From NCBI GenBank assembly GCA_002376545.1, contig DFOH01000041.1, positions 48,250-112,249 of the forward strand: a DNA stretch of 64,000 bases, written 5' to 3'. Source of the stretch: Firmicutes bacterium UBA3546. GTDB taxonomy: Bacteria; Bacillota; Clostridia; Tissierellales; Proteiniboraceae. Below the pieces are notes generated by a model that was given only the letters and a program-made list of their open reading frames with translations, had not been told where the DNA came from and made no database searches. Below are positions 48,195 through 59,300 of this stretch, piece after piece; the first letter of the stretch is position 1, and the number at the start of each line of letters is the position of its first letter. A program made the translations under genes and the position numbers.

Positions 48195-48736
48195 TATTTC
48201 TTACCTCCCTTTTTAGCCATGTACAAATTTCCTCCAATTACTGCTAAAATAATAAACAAAATAGGAGTAATTTTTAAGAAGGTAACACCTGCTGCAACTA
48301 CTACAGGTATAATAAAGGCCTTTCCTTTTAGCTTTGAGCTTTTAGATAAACTAATAACAGATGTTGCTATCAAAGCTACTACTGCTGGTCTTATAGCCTT
48401 AAATGCACTTTCTACTGCTTCTAAATCTTTAATTTCTCTAAAAAACATTGCAATAGCTAAAATAATTAGAAATGACGGCAGTATAGCTCCTAATGTAGTA
48501 AAAAAAGCACCCTTATACCTGTCCATTTTAAATCCCACAAATACTGCTGTATTTACAGCTATTGGACCCGGTGATGATTGAGCTAGTGCCAAGGTATCTA
48601 TAAATTCATCCTTTTCAATCCACTTTTTCTTATCTACAACCTCTGCCTCAATAAGTGGCACCATTGCATATCCTCCGCCTATTGTAAAAGCACCTATTTT
48701 GAAAAAAACTGAAAACATTTCTAAATACTTTTTCAT
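48194..48736 (-). CDS. chrA: Chromate transporter family protein (short-chain, first half)
   Basis: 180 aa with ChrA N-type motif GGGYAMVPLI. Its stop overlaps the start of the second half. Confidence 0.65.
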   Translation of the reverse strand: MKKYLEMFSVFFKIGAFTIGGGYAMVPLIEAEVVDKKKWIEKDEFIDTLALAQSSPGPIAVNTAVFVGFKMDRYKGAFFTTLGAILPSFLIILAIAMFFREIKDLEAVESAFKAIRPAVVALIATSVISLSKSSKLKGKAFIIPVVVAAGVTFLKITPILFIILAVIGGNLYMAKKGGKK

Positions 48737-48972
48737 TGTGTCACCTCTTTTTTGTTTTGAGTCCCTAATAATTACTTTATCAGATAAAAAAGAAAAAGTA
48801 TAGGTATAAAGGTAACATAATAAAAATAGTAAAGGTTGATATTCCCATATCTCCCCTTACTATTAATAGTGAATAGATTAATCTTAACCCAGCATGAAAA
48901 GATTAATCAGCAGCTAAAACTCCATTAGTTACTTCTGGATTTATATTATGAAAGAAATCCTAAATTATCAAA

Positions 48973-49446
48973 TTAAAATTTACAATGCTCGTTTCTTATT
49001 GAGCTTACTTCATTTATTATATCATCAACATCTAGAACCATTTCCATCATACCAATTTGCTCATCATATACATCTACGTCAAATTCATCTTTAACTTCTG
49101 GCTCTACAACATGATATACTTTAAGTCCTAACTGGACTCCTGCTAATGGACCTGCAAAAGTTGGATCTCCTGCTGTAACTGTTTCAGCTGCTAAACCTGC
49201 AGCTTCACCTTCAGCAGCACCTAAAAGAACGATTATGTTCTCTGCACCGTGCTTCTCAGCTAAATCCTTAACTCTTTGTTGATTTTCTAGGTCCATAGCT
49301 CCTGCAGCCGTTCAGACAAAACACTCTGTAGATGCAAAAACTACTTCTGCGCTAGTTCCTTTAAGACATTCTTCTACCGCTGGAGCTGGTATACCGTCTC
49401 TATCGCCTATTATGATAACTTTTTTATCATCAAATAGTCTCATCAT
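48973..49446 (-). CDS. grdA: Glycine/betaine reductase selenoprotein A with in-frame UGA (Sec)
   Basis: Translation through TGA at 49312-49314 gives [59 protein letters not shown].... The track shows only the 107-aa portion after the UGA. Confidence 0.8.
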
Positions 49447-49619
49447 CACACTTCCTTTCTCAAGTTATATTATATTTGTGTTATTTAATACAGTTCAGAA
49501 AGAGATACGCTTCTCCTTCTGAATTAAGTCTTAAATTATCTTAATATTGAAGTTTTACCTTAAATATCGTTTATCAGTAGGTAAGAATCATCCTTGTCAC
49601 ATTTCTAGTTATCTAATGA

Positions 49620-50696
49620 TTAAAAAGCTTTATTTTTAATACTCTTAATTAGCATCAGCACTAATAATAATATACCTACATATCCATTAATTACGTAAAT
49701 AATATTAATTAATTTATCAAAAGGTACTTTTAATCCAATAAAAATCCCTACGACTGCTAAAACTATAGTAACTATTTTAAATTTACGGCTCTTCTCATCT
49801 GTAATTCTGGCCGAAGCAGTCCAAAGAAGTGGTACTGCTGTAGTATAAATTCCTGCTACAACTGTTATTGAAAACACTACAGCTATAGTTGGATGTATGT
49901 TGGCTGCTAATATTAATGATGGAATCATAGAGCCAGCAACTTGTTCAATGTTTGCCATAAGTCCTAAAGCTACAATTATAACAGCTATTGAAAAAGCTAT
50001 AGCGCCAAAAATTGCACCAAGAGCAGCTTCTTTTTTGCTATTTGCTGTTGCTCCCATAGAAGACACAAAAGATGCTAACCAAAGCATGCAGAAGCCAACA
50101 TAGGAACCTGCTGCAAACAACCAATTAGTCGATGCCTTCATTAAATTCAAAGTAGGTATAACCTCACTTGCTTTATTTAATCCTCCAGGATTTTTAATGA
50201 TAGCTGTCAACCCTAATAATATAGATAATACAACTATTGCTGGACCAATTTTCCCTATTACATCAACTATTTTACCTAGTCCAAAAATAACTGTTCCTCC
50301 TGCAAGTATACCCATGACTATACCACCAATAGAAACAGGTAACTCATATTGTTGATTTAGCGTAGCTCCAGCTCCTGCAATCATTACAATAAATGACATA
50401 TAAATAAATATCACCGAGAAATAGTCGTAAAACTTGCCTATGGTTTTACCACAATAATAGGTAAAAATATCACTACCTTTTGGAAACTTATGCTCCTGTC
50501 CTACTGTTATAAAGCTAACTCCAACATACAGAAACATAATAAACATAACTATGGCGCCTACAATACCCATATATCCATAAGATGCAAAATACTGCATTAT
50601 TTCTTGCCCTGTAGCAAATCCGGAACCTATTAAAAATGCTATGAATGCTCCTGCAAAAGAAATCACCTTTTTCATGCTTACTGTTTGATTACTCAT
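49620..50696 (-). CDS. Polytopic membrane protein, putative amino-acid permease (YkvI/APC-like)
   Basis: 358 aa, about 10-11 TM, embedded between grdB and grdA. Confidence 0.45.
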   Translation of the reverse strand: MSNQTVSMKKVISFAGAFIAFLIGSGFATGQEIMQYFASYGYMGIVGAIVMFIMFLYVGVSFITVGQEHKFPKGSDIFTYYCGKTIGKFYDYFSVIFIYMSFIVMIAGAGATLNQQYELPVSIGGIVMGILAGGTVIFGLGKIVDVIGKIGPAIVVLSILLGLTAIIKNPGGLNKASEVIPTLNLMKASTNWLFAAGSYVGFCMLWLASFVSSMGATANSKKEAALGAIFGAIAFSIAVIIVALGLMANIEQVAGSMIPSLILAANIHPTIAVVFSITVVAGIYTTAVPLLWTASARITDEKSRKFKIVTIVLAVVGIFIGLKVPFDKLINIIYVINGYVGILLLVLMLIKSIKNKAF

Positions 50697-50763
50697 AAGT
50701 ATCCACCCCTATCTAGAATAAGTCGAGCTGTTCCCATTCTGATTGCAATTTTTAGTTATTGCA

Positions 50764-50789
50764 TTTGAACCCCCTCTCGGGAGTTCAAA
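50764..50789 (-). promoter_or_regulatory. GC-rich hairpin with GAGA tetraloop in grdB-permease intergenic region
   Basis: Minus-strand TTTGAACTCCC-GAGA-GGGGGTTCAAA (11-bp stem, one mismatch), with no U-tract. Confidence 0.4.
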
Positions 50790-50808
50790 CGCAAGGATGC
50801 TCATGCTT

Positions 50809-52116
50809 CTATTCAAATTGAGTTACTTCAGTGATTTCAGTTGTCAAAGCACCTAATGCTTTCTTTACTAAATTACGTCTTAATGCCAGCTCATCCTCCG
50901 GTGTAAGGCTTGGATTTCCAACTGGGTATGGTATTGCTATAGTTGGTACTATTCTGTTTGCTCCTACTGATTCAGAAATTGTAGTAATTGTTGCCATATG
51001 AACTATTGGAATACCATATCTTTCAATTTCTTTTACCATCGTTGCACCGCAACGTGTACAGGTGCCTCAGGTTGATGTTAAAATAACTCCATCTACTCCG
51101 GCTTCTTTTAGTTCCTTTCCAATTTCTTTTCCAAACTTAACTGAATTTCCTACTGATGTACCTGTTCCAGTAGTTGTGTAGAAGTAATTAAATACTTTTC
51201 CTATGACTCCTTCTTTTTCGTATTGCTTTAATAAATCAAGTGGAGCTACTCTATCAGGCACTTCATTTGCATATACTGGGTCAAATCCACCATGGATAGT
51301 GCAATATTCGCCCTTAAGCTCATCTAGATTTTCTACATCATATTTTCCCCATTTTTGAGCACTAGCTGATTGTATTCTATCAGGGTTTCCTAATGGTACC
51401 ATACCACCACTAGTAACTAAAGCTATAGTTGCCTTACTTAGCTCCTTTATAGCAGGAGCTGGGTCTACCATGTCAAATACAGGCATTGGAAGCTCTGTTT
51501 CAAATTCCTGATTATTTAATCTTGCTAATAGCATTTCTACAGCTCTTTGAGAACCTCTTTTTTCTGTAAATACTGTCAGTCTCTTGCCTTGAGGTATATA
51601 GCCTTCTTCCTGTGGAAGTCCTAATTCTTCTTTATTGAGTACCTTCTTCACTATTTTTGCAATAGCATCTAATGCTTTGCGCATACTTGCTGCTGAATCA
51701 GATACACTTACAACTATTGCTTTATCCTTACAAACATCTACCCCCGGATTTTCAACATACATACCAGTTACTACAGGAATATTTAATTTATCTACAACTT
51801 CCTCTGCTATTTCTCCACATGCCATACCGTATCTACCTGCATTAAAGGCTGGCCCTGCAACTAATATATCTGGATTAACCTTTTTAACTACATTAAATAT
51901 ATAATCTAATGCTTCTTCCTTGTTTTCATTGAAATAATTGTCACCGCAAATAATTGTGCCTACAACTTTACCTACATCCTTCAACAATCCATTAAGCCCC
52001 ATTGCTGGCCCTACTGTTTCCTCTTTGTATTCAGGAGCCATACCTGCCTTGTCTTCTCCTCCTACTTGTCCAAAGAATTGATTAACATAATATAAAACTC
52101 TGTATTTATCTGTCAT
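50809..52116 (-). CDS. grdB: Glycine reductase component B selenoprotein (gamma subunit) with in-frame UGA (Sec)
   Basis: ...GVDGVILTST-U-GTCTRCGATMVKEIERYGIP.... The UGA is at 51067-51069. The track splits this gene into ORFs of 349 aa and 76 aa. Confidence 0.8.
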
Positions 52117-52140
52117 GTTTGTACCTCCTTTCAGTTACGA

Positions 52141-53436
52141 TTAGTATAATCTTGCTGTACAGTTGTGATAGCCTATTTCAGAAGTAGAACCAATAACTGC
52201 ATTTAATTCACACATTAATGTTCCATCTTCTAGCAAGGCTCCATCCCAGCCTCCTGCTAAAGTCGATATGGCTTCAGGATTTCCGATAACTCTATCAGCA
52301 GGTGGAAGAGTCACTACATGGCTTACATTGCCTCCCGATACTACTGCTATTGCTTCTTTAGCTGTATCTGCTAGTGGCTGAGACATTCCATCTCTGCCTG
52401 AACATTCATCAGTAATTAGTACAGTTTTTATTCCTGCATTTTCTAATCTCTTACAAATCATTAGTAAATCTGAGTCAGGATTTCCATATCCTTCTTCTGA
52501 TACTATAACACCGTCTGCACCTAACATTTTGCATAGCTTAGCTGTATAATCACAGGTTCTGAATTTACCTTCTAGTGTAGTAAGCTCTGGAGTCAATATT
52601 ACTCCTAAGAAATTTAACGTTTTCCCATGTTGTGAATATAAATCTAGTATAGCTGCATTATTTTGATGTTGATATGTTGTAATCTTATCACATGCTGCAA
52701 CACAGTTACCGCTGATTACAGCTCCATCTAGTTCTTCATTTGGATGTAATAGAGTTGGTAATATTTTTTGACTATTTACTCCATATATATATCCATCATG
52801 AAGTAATCCTTGAGAAATTAACATTTCTACATATAGTACCTTTGGTAAATTTGGATGTTTTGAAATCTCTTGTGCCATACTTCCTATTTCATAGGTTAAT
52901 ACTTCATCAGGCTCTACTTCTCTTCCTGCTTCACCTACAAGCTCAGTAGTTCTTAGCCCTGCTGCTCTAACTACAGCCTCATGAGTATGTGGAGCAAGCC
53001 CTTCAACTGGTGTAATATCTACAACTAAATTATAGGTTTTTGAAAATGGAGTCCATTTAGCTCCTTCATCCCACATGTCAATTACACCTTCTTGGAATCC
53101 CACTATATCACCTATAGTAACAATGGCTGCACCGTATAAAACATTTACTTTACCTTCTCCTAATTGTGCCATTTTTGATGTTACTCCAGGAAAACCATTA
53201 CCTTCACCTTCAATCTTAACTCTTGGCTCAATAACGTCTTTTACTGGAATTATTCTAACCTTCTCTCCAGGTCTTGCAATGTCTAATTTAATCTCTTTAA
53301 TTCTTTCATCTTCCATAAGCTTTTCAATTATGTCTTCTTTTCTTACTGTTAAAACACCATCTTTTACAGCAGTTTCATTTCCAAACTGAATGTCTTTAAT
53401 ATGAATTCTTCTAAGTTCTAATTTCAAAAAAGTCAC
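52141..53436 (-). CDS. grdE: Glycine reductase component B proprotein (alpha/beta subunits)
   Basis: 431-aa GrdE-like sequence directly upstream of grdB. Confidence 0.7.
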   Translation of the reverse strand: MTFLKLELRRIHIKDIQFGNETAVKDGVLTVRKEDIIEKLMEDERIKEIKLDIARPGEKVRIIPVKDVIEPRVKIEGEGNGFPGVTSKMAQLGEGKVNVLYGAAIVTIGDIVGFQEGVIDMWDEGAKWTPFSKTYNLVVDITPVEGLAPHTHEAVVRAAGLRTTELVGEAGREVEPDEVLTYEIGSMAQEISKHPNLPKVLYVEMLISQGLLHDGYIYGVNSQKILPTLLHPNEELDGAVISGNCVAACDKITTYQHQNNAAILDLYSQHGKTLNFLGVILTPELTTLEGKFRTCDYTAKLCKMLGADGVIVSEEGYGNPDSDLLMICKRLENAGIKTVLITDECSGRDGMSQPLADTAKEAIAVVSGGNVSHVVTLPPADRVIGNPEAISTLAGGWDGALLEDGTLMCELNAVIGSTSEIGYHNCTARLY

Positions 53437-53465
53437 CTCCAGATTATTTAAATAAAAAATATGAA

Positions 53466-53831
53466 TTATAATATCTGTGCTTCCTGTAATGCTGATTGTA
53501 AAAGTTTAAAGTCAATCATTGCATAGTCATCAGCATTTTTCTGGTCTGGATTTCTCACCTCCATATTTTTCTTATAGGTTGAAATGCTATTTTCTAATAT
53601 TTCTATATGAAAATCATTAATAGCCTTTTTCTTTTCTCCAACTATTACAGAGCGATATGGAGAATACAACATCCTTATACTAGCACCTAGTGGAGAACTA
53701 ATTAATTCATAACCATCATGTAATAAATCTCTTACTTTAACTAATACATCCTCATAAGTACCTTTAATGAAATAAATATTGTCTAAGTCTTCTTTTACCA
53801 TTGGATTATTGGTGACAATTATATTTTTCAA
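53466..53831 (-). CDS. grdX: GrdX-like small protein of glycine reductase operons
   Basis: 121 aa, first gene of the grd cluster. Confidence 0.5.
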   Translation of the reverse strand: MKNIIVTNNPMVKEDLDNIYFIKGTYEDVLVKVRDLLHDGYELISSPLGASIRMLYSPYRSVIVGEKKKAINDFHIEILENSISTYKKNMEVRNPDQKNADDYAMIDFKLLQSALQEAQIL

Positions 53832-54076
53832 GTGCTCCCACCTTTCATAAAAGATTTTAGGTTTTTAATAGATTGAGTAGTATGTCTAATGAGTGATTAA
53901 CAGAATATATAACAGATGAAATTTAATATAGTTTTTCTGATTTGTTTTTTGTTGTATTTTAATAGTATCTTTTATGTATTTCTTAATTTTATTATACATT
54001 AACTTATAAAATCTTTCAAGTGCTTTAAGGATTTTTTTGTTACTATTTTATCAATGCATTAAAAAAAAGTATAAAA

Positions 54077-54128
54077 AAACCTTAACGCTAGCTTAATCCA
54101 CGTTGAAATTAAGCCAGTGTTAAGGTTT
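54077..54128 (-). terminator. Strong terminator after the GntR gene
   Basis: 21-bp stem aaaccttaacgctagcttaat...attaagccagtgttaaggttt followed on the minus strand by TTTTTTTATACTTTTTTTT. Confidence 0.7.
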
Positions 54129-54176
54129 TACCTTATAAGTTTAATTATTTTAATTACTTTTTTATAGAAGTCTTTT

Positions 54177-54809
54177 TTATAACAATTCTTGCTTTATTTT
54201 CTCTACAAAATCATCAATATGCTCTCTTGCATACTTTTCTGCATTAGCTGTATCTTTCTCTTTAATAGCTTTTAATACTTTACTTAATGTATTGGTAAAT
54301 AGCTCCATTGAATCAAAAAATTGCTCTGAATAATGCCACAATCTTTCAGTATGAATATGCAGACTAGATAGGATTTCAGACAAGCAAGGATTGCCACAGC
54401 TTTGAGATATTATTTTATGAAATCTTTCATCATCATCTATGGCTTTTTGATAATCGCTTTCTATATCATAGCTATTCAATCTTTCTACTATAGCCTCAAG
54501 CTCTTGTAAATTTTCCTTGCTAATTCTTTCAACTGCTAACTTTGTAGCAAATGGATCCATTTCTCTAGTTACTTCAAATACAGATTTTATATATTTAAAA
54601 TCTAAGGGAGTAACCTGTGCTCCAAATCTAGGTATTATATTAAGTAATTTATCATCACTTAGCTGCTGAAAAACCTTTCTTATGGGTGTTCTGCTTAAAC
54701 TAAATTCATTTGCAACATCTTCCTCATTTAATACTTCCCCAGGACTATATTCTAGCTCTATGATTCTTCGTTTTAATAAATCATATATTTCATCTGATTG
54801 AACTTTCTT
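54177..54809 (-). CDS. GntR-family (FadR/FCD subfamily) transcriptional regulator
   Basis: N-terminal wHTH (EEDVANEFSLSRTPIRKVFQQL) plus an FCD-like C-terminal domain. Probable GTG start after AAGGGG; the track N-terminus extends to 54869. Confidence 0.65.
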   Translation of the reverse strand, partial: KKVQSDEIYDLLKRRIIELEYSPGEVLNEEDVANEFSLSRTPIRKVFQQLSDDKLLNIIPRFGAQVTPLDFKYIKSVFEVTREMDPFATKLAVERISKENLQELEAIVERLNSYDIESDYQKAIDDDERFHKIISQSCGNPCLSEILSSLHIHTERLWHYSEQFFDSMELFTNTLSKVLKAIKEKDTANAEKYAREHIDDFVEKIKQELL

Positions 54810-55029
54810 AGTCACTATATTCAAACCCCTTATCGTCAATTTAGTAAAGATAATATCTAAATTAGACACATTATCCTGTATTTTAAATATATCATCAATT
54901 TATCTATTAGTAAAGTACAATAGGTATTCCTTATGTATTTATAATGTTCTATTGTATTTTTGAATGCAGGTAAATATATTATCTAAAGATTATATATTTT
55001 TTGGCGGCTTCATTTTTTCTACTAATTCC

Positions 55030-56331
55030 TCATTCACCTCTCGAAATCACATCTTTTATTAATTCATCAATTAGCAGCTCTTGGTACCCTGCTCTTTTTT
55101 CTCGTTTAATAAATTGTGATAAATGAATCAATGAACTATCCCGCAGTCTATCTAATTTTCTTATTCTGTTTTCTTCAATATGCTCTTCTGACATTACTTT
55201 TTCATAATCATCTATAGAAAACCTCCACAGCTCCAAGCTTTCTCCATATCTTCTTTTAAGCTTATCTGCAATGATTAGACCCTCAGGGTCAAAATCTCCT
55301 GAATAATATATTTTAGCATTTTCTTTTACCAATAAATCTAGAAGAACTAATGAAGCCAGCTTTACATTACCATAGGTACAAATTAAGGCAGATTTTGTTT
55401 CATATGTTCTGTATAGAACTTCACTAAAAACTGTTGGATTCTCAAATACATATACTACACCCTTAGGCGCTATGGCTCTATTTAGTAAGCTAATATTCCA
55501 TAGAGATACTTGTAATGGCTCTCCCTGATTGTAGAAGCCTTGCCAGCCTTGATGAATCCTTTGTTCTGTATATGCTAAAAGACCACTTAATGTAGTATAG
55601 TTGGATATCTCATCTCTTATTAAGCCAGCCTTATATAATATTTCTGCTCTTTCCTCTGCATTTTCTGGATAATTTTCCTTTAGAAAATATACTATTCCAT
55701 ACATGAGCAGAATACCACTATCTGTATTATCATCAAATTCATGGGGATTTTTGCTGATTTGCGAGGAGAAAACAGCCAGTCTTTCCTTTCTATTTGTTAG
55801 GTATGGCAAGTTATCTAAAGCATTGGACACTAATATTAAGCCTTTTCTCAGCTTGTCTTTGTCAGAATCATATTTTCTTAATAATAGGTTGTAGGGATTA
55901 ATCCTATTTTCTAATATATCCTCAAGCCAGTTGTGTCCCCGCTCCCCCCTTATCTGATGTAAAACATCAGCATAAAACTGCCTCTTCTCTTCTTCATAAA
56001 TGCTTTGGCTTTCTTTTTTAGTTATTATATCCCTACTAAAATATTCACTTAGTATATCAACTAAATCTAATCCTTTAAATGGAGTATCCTCAAGGGCATT
56101 TTGAAATTTTTCAACTTTTATAGCTACTGAATCCTTATAATAGTTTTCCTTTAAGTATCCAGATATTGCTTCCTTTTCTGCTTGAGATAGCTTTTCAAGC
56201 TTTATTGTACCTCCAATTTTTCCTAAGGATATATATTTATCTCTGATTTTTAAGAGAACCCTGTTAAACCCAGGGTTACTCTTAAAATATTTACAGCATT
56301 GTTGCAGCAGCTTCTTCTCCATAAGCTTCAC
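55030..56331 (-). CDS. jetD: Wadjet JetD (TIGR02679/DUF2220-like, Toprim fold)
   Basis: VYVFENPTVF...YYSGDFDPEGL: a Toprim-like acidic Glu plus a DxD motif. It overlaps the jetC end. Confidence 0.7.
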   Translation of the reverse strand: MKLMEKKLLQQCCKYFKSNPGFNRVLLKIRDKYISLGKIGGTIKLEKLSQAEKEAISGYLKENYYKDSVAIKVEKFQNALEDTPFKGLDLVDILSEYFSRDIITKKESQSIYEEEKRQFYADVLHQIRGERGHNWLEDILENRINPYNLLLRKYDSDKDKLRKGLILVSNALDNLPYLTNRKERLAVFSSQISKNPHEFDDNTDSGILLMYGIVYFLKENYPENAEERAEILYKAGLIRDEISNYTTLSGLLAYTEQRIHQGWQGFYNQGEPLQVSLWNISLLNRAIAPKGVVYVFENPTVFSEVLYRTYETKSALICTYGNVKLASLVLLDLLVKENAKIYYSGDFDPEGLIIADKLKRRYGESLELWRFSIDDYEKVMSEEHIEENRIRKLDRLRDSSLIHLSQFIKREKRAGYQELLIDELIKDVISRGE

Positions 56332-59300
56332 CTTCGTTTAAAATTAATTCTTTAAATTGTCCATTCCATTTGTATCTAAGAACTGTAACAAAGTTTGCAT
56401 TATTTGGTCTAAGAAGCTCGCATATGGCAAGTGAAGGTACCGTGTCATAGTCTCCCCACAATATCTGGGAATTTATGATATAATTTAGTCCTAATTCATT
56501 TAGCAACCTAAACATATCTCTTATATTATTCTCATCCACACCTGCAAAAGCTTCATCTAAGGAAATTATTCTAGGGCAATCTTTTCTGCCCCCTTCGTAT
56601 TTTGAATATACAGCCGAAAATAAAGGAACATACATTGCCATGGCTTTTTCTCCGCCACTAAATTTATAAAATGCATTGTTTGTAAGCTCTTTTTTATTTT
56701 CGTTAGTTTTTTTATAAAACAGCCTGAATTCAAACCATTTTCTGTAATCTAGTACTTCCTTCATTATAGAGTGGAAGGTAGTACTCGTTTCTTTTTCTTC
56801 TATTTTTCTTCTAGCTTCTTCTATTTTAGATCTAAAATGAGCTGACAGCTTGTTAATTTCGTTTTCAGTTAATAGATTCCCATCCTTCTTTAATAGCTGA
56901 ACCAGTTCTTTAGTATCTAATTGTTCCTCTGTTTCTGCGCTCTTGCTTTTCCAGCTTAAACTAAATGATAGTCCACTTGATGTATTCATAGATTCCATGA
57001 GAGAATTCATCTTTTTTACCCATTCTTCACTGCTGTATATTCTTCCTCTTATTTTTTTACTAATATTTTTAGCCAGTATATCTTCAAATAGCTGCCTATC
57101 ACTTTCTCTGAGTAGCTTTTCATTTTCAGCTATTCCTTCTTTTATGTGTTCCAGCAAACTGTAAAAGCTCACATAGGTACCTCTAATTCTTCCCATAAGC
57201 TCTAATCTTTTATGCTTTAGATAAGCTTCCTTAATTTCATCCTCTAACTCTTCAATATTTTTCTCAAAAATATATTCTATTTTAAGATTATACTCTGCCA
57301 TAAACTGTCGGTTTTCATGGTATTTAGTTTGTAAATTTCCCATATAATCATCTCTTGATTTTCCTTGCTTTTCAAGATACTTCAATTCTCCATATATATT
57401 ATCAGCAGCTTTTTCAATATCTGCATTTTCCTCTGCTTTAAATACATACTGGAGCATATATTCTTCTTTAAAGCCTTCTTTTAAAATCTCGTTTAAGCTT
57501 TCATTAATGCAAATTTCTCTACCAGTGTTCTCCAGCTTTTCAGAAATAATTTTAAGCTCAGAAAACATACTAGTCTTTTTCTCTATGTTTTCTTTAATCA
57601 TTTTGGGTAAATTGTTTAATTCTTCTATACAATTACTAATTTCTTTTTCTATATCCTCAAAGCCTGATATTTGGAGCTGCTCATATAAGCTGTTTGTCTT
57701 TTCTTGGCTTTGCTTAAATCTCAGCTCTATCTTGGATAAATCATATCTTATTTCTTCTATGTCTCCATCTATTTCTTCTTTTCTATCTTCAGCATTTTTC
57801 TCTAAACTTACCACTTGTAAAAGCATTAGATGCTCTCTTTCTAAATCGCTTAAGACCTCCTTGTATGTGGTCGCATCCTCCTCAGCATCCATGAAGGCTT
57901 TAAGATTTTTCCCTATTTCCATATTATAAGTAAGGGAATGTACTTTTTGTCTCACTTCCTTAAGGATTTTGTACAGTCTATCTACTATTTCCTCTTTAAG
58001 CTCTACATCCTTTAACGAATTATCATATTCGAATTCTGATGTCTTCAACTCCCCTATAGCAGTTTCTAAATCTTTTTTATCTGGAAAAGAGCTGTATTCC
58101 TTGCTCAAAACTAATAATCTATCCTTTATTCCACTAATGCCTAATTGTAATTCTTTGATTCTTTCTTCAATTTCTTTCTTTTCCTCTGTAAGCCTTAGTA
58201 TAATTTCTTCTCTATAGGTTTTTCTAGCAGATGAGCCTATGAACTTAGGAGTGTAGGCTTTGCTTGTCTTTCCTTTTATCAATCCTATTCCATATTCCCC
58301 ATGCTCATTTATATAGGTGGTTTCTTCTTTTTCATCTACTAGTATAGTTCTTAGTACATCTTCAACTTCCTCTCTGCTTAGACCCTCTACCAAAGAATTT
58401 TCTGATTTTAACTTTAATGATAACTCATGGGTGAAAATTTTTGGCGATGCAAACAAATACTTATCCGCCATATCCTTATCCATTTCAAATACTCTTTTTC
58501 TGTATTTGTGAGGAATTATAAGAGCATCTAGTATTCCCATGTCTAACAGTGCTTCCTCGTATTTGCCCTTTTCTTCCTCTTTTAATAATTCTTCCTTAAA
58601 GTCTACAGCTAGATAAAAAGGCATAAATGGAATATTTTCCCCTGTTAATCTCTTACGATTTAGCAGTACCTTTTCTGTTCTCTCTGGTTCTGGATCTTTT
58701 TTGTTTTTCCAATCTAATATTTTCTGCTCTTTCTCATCTCTTTGTTCCTTATACTGTTTCTCTGCTGAGTTCAATTTATATAGTTTTTGATTAAGGTCAC
58801 CCTCAAATCTGTTATGCTCTGTTCTAATGTCTCCTATAATATCGTCAAAGGTGGTCTTTTCTCCATATAGATTTACCTTTCTCCTTACTTCTACTAGAAT
58901 CTCTTCAGAAGGCTTAAGCTCTTTGTTGTTTTTTTGCCATATATGCATGTTCTCTATGAATTCTTCTTTTATTTCAGAAAAAAGAAGACTTACCCTCTCT
59001 AGGTTTTTTCCCCTGTCTTCCTTTGCTTTTTTACTTCTCTCTAGCTCTATAAGTCCATTATCGTATTCAGCATTTTTGCTTCCTCTTCCTCTAAAGCTTT
59101 TCTTGCATTTGTTATTCTTTCGCTATAAGCTCTGACTTGAGACTTTACATATGAGAAATCATAGGGTTCATACATTTTTTTCAATATCTCATCTCTCATA
59201 AATACTTCTTCATGAAACTTAAATGCCTCTGCCAGCTCGTCCATTTCTCGTAACTTTTCTTTTATCTCATTTGCCTTGCATGTTTTTTCTTCTTCTCTTT

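Noticed and set aside
53832-54076. Glycine riboswitch upstream of grdX
   Set aside because: No tandem GGAGAG...CACCG-type aptamer cores are visible. The region holds only AT-rich promoter sequence and the GntR terminator.
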